Below, one piece after another: positions 47,504 through 55,717 of a stretch of DNA of 64,000 nucleotides. The DNA comes from Lachnospiraceae bacterium (GTDB lineage: Bacteria > Bacillota > Clostridia > Lachnospirales > Lachnospiraceae). The notes under the pieces are model-generated. The model was given only the letters and a program-made list of their open reading frames with translations. It was not told the origin of the DNA and ran no database searches. Numbering within the stretch: position 1 is the stretch's first letter; each line of letters begins with the position of its first letter. The stretch lies in assembly GCA_047974745.1 (NCBI GenBank), contig JBKECO010000031.1, positions 33,478-97,477 on the forward strand, written 5' to 3'. A program made the position numbers and the translations under genes.

Positions 47504-48560
47504 CCGAATCCTCCTTTGCAGCTGGATTTGCAAAGTAATCCGTGATTCCCTTCTGATTCATTTTCAGGCTGATTTCTTCCGGAAGTGTATTTGTCAGAAG
47601 CTTTCCCTGATCTACCAGCATAAATAGTCGGTTCTGATTCTGAGAGCGAGTATATAAGCATATCTGGTCAATGTATCGCCTGATCTCCCCATCTGGAAAC
47701 ATTTTCTTACAAAGAAGAACACCTACGTCAACATAGCTGTAAATATCATTGATGATTCTCTGTGACTCAGTGTCATTCTCCATCATATTCAAAAGTCTCT
47801 CAGGTATCTTCTTGACAGAATCCGTGTGAAGTGTTGTGAATCCCTTGATTCCTGTACTCCAACATGTCAGCAGTGCTCTTGCCTCTGTTGATCTTACTTC
47901 CGAAAGCATGAGCCAGGAGGGGTTCATTCGTAGAGATGTTTTGATTGCTTTTGTATAATCCATTCTGCGATTTACTTTGATCTCTACCGCATCGTTATTC
48001 GGATTGATTTTTTTATAGTGAAGCTCAGGGTTATCCTCGATCGTGATTACTTTTTCATTGACGGGAATGAACTGAGACAAAAACTTGGCACATTCTGTCT
48101 TACCAGCTGCAGGCTCCCCACAAAAAACAAAATTCATCTTTGCCGCCACACAATTAATCAGAAATGCGAGAACTTCACGGCTGGCATAGCTATTTGAAAT
48201 TGCATCCCCAACAGAGAATCTGAGTGCCGGTAGTGACTTTCGTATGCAAAAACTTCTGCCCGTCACCGCAACAGATTCATGAATCATTGTGATTCGCAAG
48301 GTCTCCGTTTCTGCTTCTAGAACTGTTTCTGCTGCATTAAAATGACAGCTGACTTCATTCGCAATGATCGAAGTGAACTTCTCAAGAAATCCTTTTTCGA
48401 TCTGCTGCTTTGCGCATTCGACCTGATAACGGACATTATCCGTAGTTGTCACCCAAAGCTCTGATCCGTTATAGTCAACATCTGTGATGGATTCATTCTG
48501 AATATAGGATGTCAGAATTCCGAATACATCTGAATTAATCGGAAGAGATAGTTTTTGCAA
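47496..48560 (-). CDS. CpaF/TadA (VirB11-like) secretion ATPase
   Basis: Walker A is GEPAAGKT, the Asp box is ITIEDNPELH, Walker B-like is WLMLSEVRSTEA, and the His box is TTLHTDS. The TTG at 48560 lies 7 nt after GGAGG. The longest ORF starts at the TTG at 48578. Confidence 0.85.
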   Translation of the reverse strand: MQKLSLPINSDVFGILTSYIQNESITDVDYNGSELWVTTTDNVRYQVECAKQQIEKGFLEKFTSIIANEVSCHFNAAETVLEAETETLRITMIHESVAVTGRSFCIRKSLPALRFSVGDAISNSYASREVLAFLINCVAAKMNFVFCGEPAAGKTECAKFLSQFIPVNEKVITIEDNPELHYKKINPNNDAVEIKVNRRMDYTKAIKTSLRMNPSWLMLSEVRSTEARALLTCWSTGIKGFTTLHTDSVKKIPERLLNMMENDTESQRIINDIYSYVDVGVLLCKKMFPDGEIRRYIDQICLYTRSQNQNRLFMLVDQGKLLTNTLPEEISLKMNQKGITDYFANPAAKEDSDG

Positions 48561-48574
48561 TTCTCTACCTCCCC

Positions 48575-48760
48575 TCAAGGCGTCCCAAGTCCAGCGGCCT
48601 GATTTGCACTTGCGTAAAAATTATTGATCAGATCGGCAAATGCTTTATATACAATGCTGTTGGTATCATCTCCTATCACCAGTGTCACAATGCCTACAAT
48701 AGCAAGCACTCCGATCACTGCAATAATAGTCTGTCCGTATTGTTTGAAAATTTCTTCCAT
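48575..48760 (-). CDS. Flp-like pilin (61 aa), probable major subunit
   Basis: The ATG at 48760 lies 7 nt after AAGGAG. The sequence is MEEIFKQYGQTIIAVIGVLAIVGIVTLVIG followed by a short hydrophilic tail. Confidence 0.6.
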   Translation of the reverse strand: MEEIFKQYGQTIIAVIGVLAIVGIVTLVIGDDTNSIVYKAFADLINNFYASANQAAGLGTP

Positions 48761-49317
48761 AACTGTTCTCCTTCGTATAATTTTCGAATTATAAATTGTA
48801 TCGATTCCCAAGCTATATTTATCTCACAGCTTAGTTGATGCATTCCATCTTGATTTCCTCTTCTCAAATCAGATTTCCCAGTGAATGATTTTTTTTCCAA
48901 TAAAAACGGGATCCTGGTGTCGTATGGAATAAACGCAGTATCATTCGCTGAAAGCTTAAATAAATTACAAAAATGGGTGATTTTTTTTGTTTCCATGGGA
49001 GTAAATTTTCCAATGAAAAGCATTCTGCGCTGACTGCGCAATGGATATTTCTGAAAGAATTGCTCCAGCCCAGTACTGGACTGATTTGTGTTTAAGATTA
49101 AAAGGTCAGCCGTTTGGATCAGCTCTCGCTGATGCAGGCTGCTTTGACCTCCCGTATCTGTTAGAACATGATTTAGCTTGGCCATGTGCCAGAACTCTGA
49201 TGGATCACAACAGAAAATAAGTGGTTCGATATTCGTGTGATTCCATACTGAATGAAAAAAACGCAGATTCGTACTAGTCCCGGTGCCTTCGCAAACTCCG
49301 TGAAATACAATTTTCAT
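48715..49317 (-). CDS. ParA/MinD-fold protein with degenerate P-loop (CpaE/TadZ-like position), first gene of the operon
   Basis: 200 aa. The N-terminus MKIVFHGVCEGTGTSTN resembles a deviant Walker A, but both lysines are replaced. Confidence 0.45.
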   Translation of the reverse strand: MKIVFHGVCEGTGTSTNLRFFHSVWNHTNIEPLIFCCDPSEFWHMAKLNHVLTDTGGQSSLHQRELIQTADLLILNTNQSSTGLEQFFQKYPLRSQRRMLFIGKFTPMETKKITHFCNLFKLSANDTAFIPYDTRIPFLLEKKSFTGKSDLRRGNQDGMHQLSCEINIAWESIQFIIRKLYEGEQLWKKFSNNTDRLLLQ

Positions 49318-49406
49318 AGCTTACCTGTTCATTTTTTAAAATGGGAACTGCAGGAAGAATCGTCCTACATTGATATAAATATAAGATATTGAAATAAGAT
49401 AACCAC

Positions 49407-49435
49407 ATCATACTATTTAAAAGTGCAAATGTAAA
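49407..49435 (-). promoter_or_regulatory. Candidate sigma-A promoter of the Tad-like operon
   Basis: Minus strand reads TTTACA, a 17-nt spacer, then TATGAT. It is about 90 nt upstream of the first ATG. Confidence 0.4.
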
Positions 49436-49451
49436 CATGCATTTCAAATTA

Positions 49452-49480
49452 TTGTAAGTTTTTTCATAAAATGGTATGAT
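49452..49480 (+). promoter_or_regulatory. Candidate sigma-A promoter of degV
   Basis: TTGTAA, a 17-nt spacer, then TATGAT, with a TGn extended -10. Confidence 0.4.
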
Positions 49481-49507
49481 AATGAAAATGAAAACTATGG
49501 AGGGAAT

Positions 49508-50377
49508 ATGAGTACGTTCAAGATTACAACAGATAGCAATGCCGATTTACCAGAAGGTTATATTGCTGAACATAACCTCGATATTGTAACTTTAAATTTC
49601 ACCATTGATGGTGAGACCTACAATAGAGAGCACAATCTCCCGGTCGACGAATTTTACGCCCGTATGCGTAATGGCTCACTTCCAACGACCGCGCAAGTCA
49701 ACCCTGTTGATGCAAAAGAGATATTTGAACCGCTGTTAGCTACAGGAACTGATGTTTTACATATTGCATTTTCATCTGCCTTGAGCGGAAGTTATAACAG
49801 CTGCAGACTTGCGGCAGAGGAGCTGCGGGAAAAATATCCGGATCGAAGAGTCTATGTCGTAGATTCACTTTGCGCCTCTTTAGGTCAGGGACTTTTCATA
49901 CATAAGGCTGTTGAAATGCAAACGCGTGGTGAGGATATTGATACTGTGTGTGACTGGCTCGAAGCGCATAAGCTGAATGTAGTCCATAATTTTACAGTGG
50001 ATGACCTTAATCATTTATATCGCGGGGGACGAGTATCTAAGACTGCTGCTGTTATTGGAACGATCGTTAATATCAAGCCGATTCTGCATGTCGATAACGA
50101 AGGTCGTCTGGTGGCACTTTCTAAGATCAGAGGCAGAAAGAAATCCTTACATGCCCTTGTAGAAAATATGGAAAATCAGGTCGGTAGCTGGCGTGATAAA
50201 AATGATATTGTATTCATCAGCCATGGAGACTGCGAAGCTGACGCTCAGTATGTCGCAGACCTTGTAAGAGAAAAATTTGGAATCGAGAACTTTCTGATCA
50301 ACTATGTTGGTCCTGCAATTGGTGCCCACTCCGGACCAGGTACACTTGCACTATTCTTTATGGGTGATACCAGATAA
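49508..50377 (+). CDS. DegV-family fatty-acid-binding protein
   Basis: 289 aa with the KITTDSNADLP start and the TAQVNP and SSALSGSYNS motifs. Confidence 0.88.
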   Translation: MSTFKITTDSNADLPEGYIAEHNLDIVTLNFTIDGETYNREHNLPVDEFYARMRNGSLPTTAQVNPVDAKEIFEPLLATGTDVLHIAFSSALSGSYNSCRLAAEELREKYPDRRVYVVDSLCASLGQGLFIHKAVEMQTRGEDIDTVCDWLEAHKLNVVHNFTVDDLNHLYRGGRVSKTAAVIGTIVNIKPILHVDNEGRLVALSKIRGRKKSLHALVENMENQVGSWRDKNDIVFISHGDCEADAQYVADLVREKFGIENFLINYVGPAIGAHSGPGTLALFFMGDTR

Positions 50378-50410
50378 CCGAACGCTGGATAAAGCAATCC
50401 TATAAACAAG

Positions 50411-50462
50411 AAATACCATGCATATACTCCTCAATAAAAGGGTATCTGCATGGTATTTTTTT
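50411..50462 (+). terminator. Intrinsic terminator after degV (possibly bidirectional)
   Basis: Stem ataccatgca / tgcatggtat followed by TTTTTTT. Confidence 0.65.
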
Positions 50463-50483
50463 GACTTGTCTAAGCCGCTGATC

Positions 50484-52283
50484 TTACTCCTTCGACACAT
50501 CCACGATTTCAATATGCAGCTCTTCGAGCTGTTTTGGTTCAACTCTGCCTGGTGCATTCGACATCAGGCAGGAAGCATCTTTGATCTTTGGAAACGCAAT
50601 GACATCTCTGATATTTTCAGTCTGTGCCATCAGCATGACCATTCGGTCCAGTCCGTAGGCAAGTCCTGCGTGGGGTGGTACTCCATATGTAAAAGCATCC
50701 AACAGGAACCCAAATTGTTCATAGGCTGCTTCCTTTGTAAATCCTAGTAATTCGAACATTTTTTCCTGAATATCACTTTGATGAATTCGCACACTTCCAC
50801 CGCCAAGCTCACAGCCATTTAAGACGATATCATACGCTTTCGCTCTTACCTTTCCAATGGTTTCCATCGACTCCATCAGAGGAAGATCCTCTTCCATTGG
50901 CATCGTGAAGGGGTGATGCATTGCCAAATATCTGTTCTGCTCCTGCGACCATTCCATCAATGGAAATTCTGTTACCCACAAAAAATTGTACTGGTCTTTA
51001 TCGAAAAGCTCTAATTCCTTCGCCAGTTCCAGGCGGAGTGCACCAAGTACATCCCAAACGACCTTATTCTTATCCGCTGCAAAAAACAGCAGGTCTCCTG
51101 GCTTTCCTTCCAGAGCGGCAATGATTTCCGCTGTTTTTTCTTCTGTAAGGAATTTGGAGAAGGATGATTTTACACTTCCATCTTCATTGACTGCAAGATA
51201 CGCCAGCCCCTTTGCACCATATCCTTTTGCAAATTCCACAAGCTTATCTATTTTCTTTCTTGGCATCTGTCCTTGTCCGGCTGCGTTGATACCTCTCACA
51301 GACCCCCCCTGCTCAAGCGCTCCTGTAAATACTGCAAATCCGCAATCCCGAACGAGATCCGAGATATCCTTTAACTCCATTCCGAATCTGGTATCCGGTT
51401 TATCTGAACCAAAACGATTCATTGCTTCCTGCCATGGAATTCTTTGCAATGGAAGTTCTACCTTTACTCCCACCGTTTCCTGAAATACTCGTTTTAATAA
51501 TCTTTCATTTACTTCTAACACATCATCTATATCAACAAAGGACAGCTCCATGTCCAGCTGAGTGAATTCAGGCTGTCGGTCTGCACGCAGATCCTCGTCC
51601 CGGAAGCATCTTGCGATCTGAAAGTATCTGTCGTATCCAGAACACATCAGCAGCTGCTTGAAGATCTGGGGCGATTGGGGCAATGCATAAAAATTACCCG
51701 GATGAACTCGACTTGGTACCAGATAATCTCTTGCCCCCTCCGGTGTTGATTTATTCAGGATCGGTGTTTCAATATCGATGAAGCCTTCCTGGATCATAAA
51801 GTCTCTCAGAATTCCTGTGACCTTACTCCTCATCATCAGATTTCTCTGAATATCTGGTCTTCTCAGATCTAAGTATCTGTATTTTAAACGAACCTCATCT
51901 CTCGTCTGGCTATTTTCTTCAATGGGAAATGGCGGTGTCTCTGCTTCCGAAAGGATGCGCAGATCATGCGCGATAAGCTCAATATCACCTGTCGCTAAGT
52001 TCTCATTCACAGCAGCAGTCCTTTTGGATATTTTCCCCGTGACTGCGATCACGAATTCATTTCTCAGCATTTCTGCCTTTTGAAAGCCTTCGGCTCCGAC
52101 ACTTTCTTCATCAAAAATGATCTGCAGTATTCCCGAGCGGTCTCTGAGATCTGCAAAAATCAGCGCTCCCAGATTTCTTCTTCTCTGTACCCATCCCATT
52201 ACCGTAACCGTTTCACCTATCGTTTGATTCGATACCTCTGTACATCTGTGGGTTCTTTTTAGTCCCTGCATAGATTCAGCCAT
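50484..52283 (-). CDS. aspS: Aspartate--tRNA ligase
   Basis: The ATG at 52283 follows GGAGA. It has class II motifs (FRDEDLRADRQPEFTQLD, GGGSVRIH). Confidence 0.93.
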   Translation of the reverse strand: MAESMQGLKRTHRCTEVSNQTIGETVTVMGWVQRRRNLGALIFADLRDRSGILQIIFDEESVGAEGFQKAEMLRNEFVIAVTGKISKRTAAVNENLATGDIELIAHDLRILSEAETPPFPIEENSQTRDEVRLKYRYLDLRRPDIQRNLMMRSKVTGILRDFMIQEGFIDIETPILNKSTPEGARDYLVPSRVHPGNFYALPQSPQIFKQLLMCSGYDRYFQIARCFRDEDLRADRQPEFTQLDMELSFVDIDDVLEVNERLLKRVFQETVGVKVELPLQRIPWQEAMNRFGSDKPDTRFGMELKDISDLVRDCGFAVFTGALEQGGSVRGINAAGQGQMPRKKIDKLVEFAKGYGAKGLAYLAVNEDGSVKSSFSKFLTEEKTAEIIAALEGKPGDLLFFAADKNKVVWDVLGALRLELAKELELFDKDQYNFLWVTEFPLMEWSQEQNRYLAMHHPFTMPMEEDLPLMESMETIGKVRAKAYDIVLNGCELGGGSVRIHQSDIQEKMFELLGFTKEAAYEQFGFLLDAFTYGVPPHAGLAYGLDRMVMLMAQTENIRDVIAFPKIKDASCLMSNAPGRVEPKQLEELHIEIVDVSKE

Positions 52284-52323
52284 ATTAATTCTCCTATTGT
52301 TCACATCTCATGTATCCATTAAA

Positions 52324-53589
52324 TCAGTCATTTCTGGAAAAGAATTCTTCAAATTCCTGGTAACCCTCTGCTGAAAGCTTTTCCTTTTGGAATTTTTTAT
52401 TCTTATTCATTCGGACAACCAGCACATATTTTCCTTCTTTTCTTGCTTCCTGCGCTTTATGGATCACTTCAAAAAGCTTCTCAGCCGGATAGTTCTTCTC
52501 GATCAGATATGCTACTTTTAATGGCTGCTCCGGTATTTGATATCCTTGTTCCATCAGCAATAAAATGATTCTCTCGAACCCGATAGAAAATCCGCATGCA
52601 GGAGTCTGACTTCCAGTAAAATTGCCGATCATCTCATCATATCGGCCGCCACCGCCACAGCTTCCGCCAAATTCAGGAATTGCAATTTCAAAAATGGTAC
52701 CTGTATAGTATCCCATTCCTCTTACCAGTGTAGGGTCGAATACCACCTGAAATTCTGCTTCTTTTGTTGCTTCTACGCTCTTTATGATCTCAGTCAGATT
52801 TTCATTTACCTCATTGTCAAGATAGGATCCTAACATATCAGCGAGAAGTTTAAGTCTTTCTACCGAATTCTTTTCTTGTAAAGCCACTTCGAATAGGGAG
52901 CGGTATTTGTCCACCATTTCCTGTGAAAATCCTGCTTCTATCAGCTCTGACGCCACTCCATCCATGCCGATCTTGTCCATTTTATCCAGAATAATGTACA
53001 CGGTATCCGTTGCATCTTCAGAAAATCCGCTGTATGCAGCCATCGCCTTTAAAATTCTGCGCTCATTGATACGTATCTCAAAATTTTTAAATCCAAGTCT
53101 GCCCAGTGTTGTCGTTGTAGCCAGGATCAGTTCGATCTCAGCCAGATTGGTGGGTTCTCCCAAAATATCGATGTCACATTGAGTGAACTGTCGATATCGA
53201 CCTCTCTGTGGACGATCTGCTCTCCAAACACTGCCGATCTGCAGAGATTTAAAGGGATTTGGCAGTTCATTTGCGTGATTGGCATAAAATCTCGCAAGGG
53301 GAACTGTCAGATCATATCGAAGTCCCATATCTACCAGATCAGCTTCACTCCTGACCTCATCCAACTTTAGCTTTTCACCGCGTTTTAAGACCTTAAAAAT
53401 AAGTTTCTCATTTTCTCCGCCTTGCTTATTGCTCAGATTTACAATATTCTCCATGACAGGAGTATCCACTGGGGTAAATCCAAAGCTTCGATAAGTATCC
53501 TTGATCACACTGATCGCATAATCTCTGATCTGCATCTCCTCCGGGAGGATATCCCGCATGCCCGTAACGGTTTTTTTTACTAAAGCCAT
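52324..53589 (-). CDS. hisS: Histidine--tRNA ligase
   Basis: 421 aa with GMRDILP, RYRQFTQCD and GGGGRYD. The start overlaps the hemZ stop. Confidence 0.93.
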   Translation of the reverse strand: MALVKKTVTGMRDILPEEMQIRDYAISVIKDTYRSFGFTPVDTPVMENIVNLSNKQGGENEKLIFKVLKRGEKLKLDEVRSEADLVDMGLRYDLTVPLARFYANHANELPNPFKSLQIGSVWRADRPQRGRYRQFTQCDIDILGEPTNLAEIELILATTTTLGRLGFKNFEIRINERRILKAMAAYSGFSEDATDTVYIILDKMDKIGMDGVASELIEAGFSQEMVDKYRSLFEVALQEKNSVERLKLLADMLGSYLDNEVNENLTEIIKSVEATKEAEFQVVFDPTLVRGMGYYTGTIFEIAIPEFGGSCGGGGRYDEMIGNFTGSQTPACGFSIGFERIILLLMEQGYQIPEQPLKVAYLIEKNYPAEKLFEVIHKAQEARKEGKYVLVVRMNKNKKFQKEKLSAEGYQEFEEFFSRND

Positions 53590-55067
53590 TCCAATTCCTC
53601 CATTTTGCTGCGTTTTTTTTCTATCATTTCATCCACTCTCGTCAAATAGTGATCGATATCTTTTACATTCTCGACTCGCTGTGCTTTCCTTCCATTGCCC
53701 ATCACGAACTTGGATGCAGCACCTGCACCCAGTGCCAGAATTGTCTGTTTTTCTTCCATGATCAAAATATTGTAAATACCTTCCTGACCAGGTCTTGCAT
53801 AACCAACATTCTCAAAATTTCCAGCCATATTTTTCTGTCTGTATAAATAATAGGGACGTAAGCCTATTTCTTTTGCAGCTTTCGCTGTGAGTTCAATAGT
53901 CTCATCTGTATTCTCGATGGATAATTCCTTATAGTCCTCGGGAAACATCTTTAACCTTGCGGCTCTTTTAATAGCAAGGGAGTGCACGGTCAGATTATCA
54001 GGCGCCATATCGCTTATGTGCTTTAATGTAGATTTCACATCCTCCAGTGATTCATTGGGGAGTCCGATGATCAGATCCATATTAATATCATCAAACCCCA
54101 GTTCTCGTGCAAGCTGAAAGCTGTCTATCGTATCCTTTACACTGTGATGCCGTCCGATCAGCTTTAAGGTCTCCTCCTTCATGGTCTGAGGATTGATGGA
54201 AATCCTTGTGATACCAAGCTCCTTTAGGGTCGCAAGCTTTTCCCTTGTTATACTGTCAGGTCTTCCGGCCTCAACTGTAAGCTCGACACACTGGGACAGA
54301 TCAAAGGAGCTCTTGAGCAGTTCGATCAGCCGTCGCAGCTGTGCCGGCTCCAGTGATGTCGGTGTTCCGCCGCCGATATACACTGTCTGCAGTGTTCTGT
54401 TCTTACAGGTTTCTGCCGTAAACAGAATTTCTTTCTCCAGAGCGTCCAGATATTCATCTACCCTGCTTCGCCACTTGGCCAGTGGATAGGATGTAAAGGA
54501 GCAGTACAGGCAGGTACTCGGGCAGAATGGAATTCCAATATACAGGCTGTAACCGTTCTGATAATCGAGCTTGCTTAAGATCTCAAGCTCCGTCACTGCC
54601 ACTTCGATACAAAGATCCGCTTTTTCCTCGGAGATCAGATACTGATCCATCATCTGTTCCTTGATCTGAACTGGTGTCCTTCCTTTTTCCAAAAGGTCCA
54701 TTGGAATTTTTGTTGGTCGGATCCCGGTCAGAGTTCCCCATGGAAGCAGTTTTTTAGTTTGGCAGGAAAGGATCTGATAAAGGGATTTTTTCAGTGCATT
54801 CTTTGTTTCCTTTCGGTCATTCCAATCCACTGTCATGACCTTTAGCAGATCCGGCAATTCGGATTCCCTGAATCGACTCGCATCCCATATGTAGTGCTCA
54901 AATTCAATTTTATTTTCCAAATAATGGATGACAACATGAAACGATATCTCCTCCCCGTCCTGCGGCATTTCCTCCAAAAATTTAATTTCTTCCTGCGGAT
55001 AAAATGCTCTGATCAGGGAATGAATATCGTATTCAAAGTCAGTTCTTTTTAATTGTATTGTTACCAT
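53580..55067 (-). CDS. hemZ: Radical-SAM coproporphyrinogen dehydrogenase-like protein HemZ
   Basis: It has the CPSTCLYCSF radical-SAM motif and a HemZ-type N-terminal extension starting MVTIQLKRTDFEYD. Confidence 0.8.
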   Translation of the reverse strand: MVTIQLKRTDFEYDIHSLIRAFYPQEEIKFLEEMPQDGEEISFHVVIHYLENKIEFEHYIWDASRFRESELPDLLKVMTVDWNDRKETKNALKKSLYQILSCQTKKLLPWGTLTGIRPTKIPMDLLEKGRTPVQIKEQMMDQYLISEEKADLCIEVAVTELEILSKLDYQNGYSLYIGIPFCPSTCLYCSFTSYPLAKWRSRVDEYLDALEKEILFTAETCKNRTLQTVYIGGGTPTSLEPAQLRRLIELLKSSFDLSQCVELTVEAGRPDSITREKLATLKELGITRISINPQTMKEETLKLIGRHHSVKDTIDSFQLARELGFDDINMDLIIGLPNESLEDVKSTLKHISDMAPDNLTVHSLAIKRAARLKMFPEDYKELSIENTDETIELTAKAAKEIGLRPYYLYRQKNMAGNFENVGYARPGQEGIYNILIMEEKQTILALGAGAASKFVMGNGRKAQRVENVKDIDHYLTRVDEMIEKKRSKMEELEWL

Positions 55068-55078
55068 ATATGTGCTTT

Positions 55079-55708
55079 CTAAATAAAGGGATTGTGCTCT
55101 TTTTCCCATCCGATCGTGGTTGCATCATTATGACCTGCATATACCTTCGTCTGCCCTGGAAGCACAAATAACGATTCTTTAATGGAACGGACGAGTGTCG
55201 CATAGCTGCCACCTGGAAAATCTGTTCTTCCGATCGATTCACAAAAAAGAGTATCTCCGGTAAAAATGGTATTCTCCTCTTTCAAATAATAGCAGCAGCC
55301 TCCTGCTGTATGTCCGGGTGTGAGAAGTGCCTGGATAAAAAAGCCCGCGATTGTCATCTCCTCACCGTCTCTAAGGTAGCAATCAGCCTGATAGGATTCA
55401 CTGACTCCTCCCATTGAGCTTAAATTGACAGCTGGATTTTCCAAAGTTTCCTGTTCCGCCTGCTGGGCGTAGATCTGGATACCATAATGATCTGCTATTG
55501 TTCTTGCATCCTTTGCGTGATCAAAATGTCCATGTGTCAGCAGAACTGCTTTTGGAACATAGCCAGACTCTTTTATTTTTTGCATCAGTCTTGCTGCTTC
55601 ATCGCCGGGATCAATGATTACGATTTCGCTGGTCTTAGTATTCACTGCAAAATAGCAATTTGTCATGACCATTCCGACTGTATATTCTTCCACTCTTAGT
55701 TCTGCCAT
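55079..55708 (-). CDS. MBL-fold metallo-hydrolase (glyoxalase II-like)
   Basis: 209 aa with the THGHFDH motif. Confidence 0.85.
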   Translation of the reverse strand: MAELRVEEYTVGMVMTNCYFAVNTKTSEIVIIDPGDEAARLMQKIKESGYVPKAVLLTHGHFDHAKDARTIADHYGIQIYAQQAEQETLENPAVNLSSMGGVSESYQADCYLRDGEEMTIAGFFIQALLTPGHTAGGCCYYLKEENTIFTGDTLFCESIGRTDFPGGSYATLVRSIKESLFVLPGQTKVYAGHNDATTIGWEKEHNPFI

Positions 55709-55717
55709 TTTCCACTC

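Noticed and set aside
53560-53620. T-box leader expected upstream of hisS-aspS
   Set aside because: The hisS start overlaps the hemZ stop by 10 nt, so there is no leader. The genes are evidently co-transcribed with relA-MBL-hemZ.
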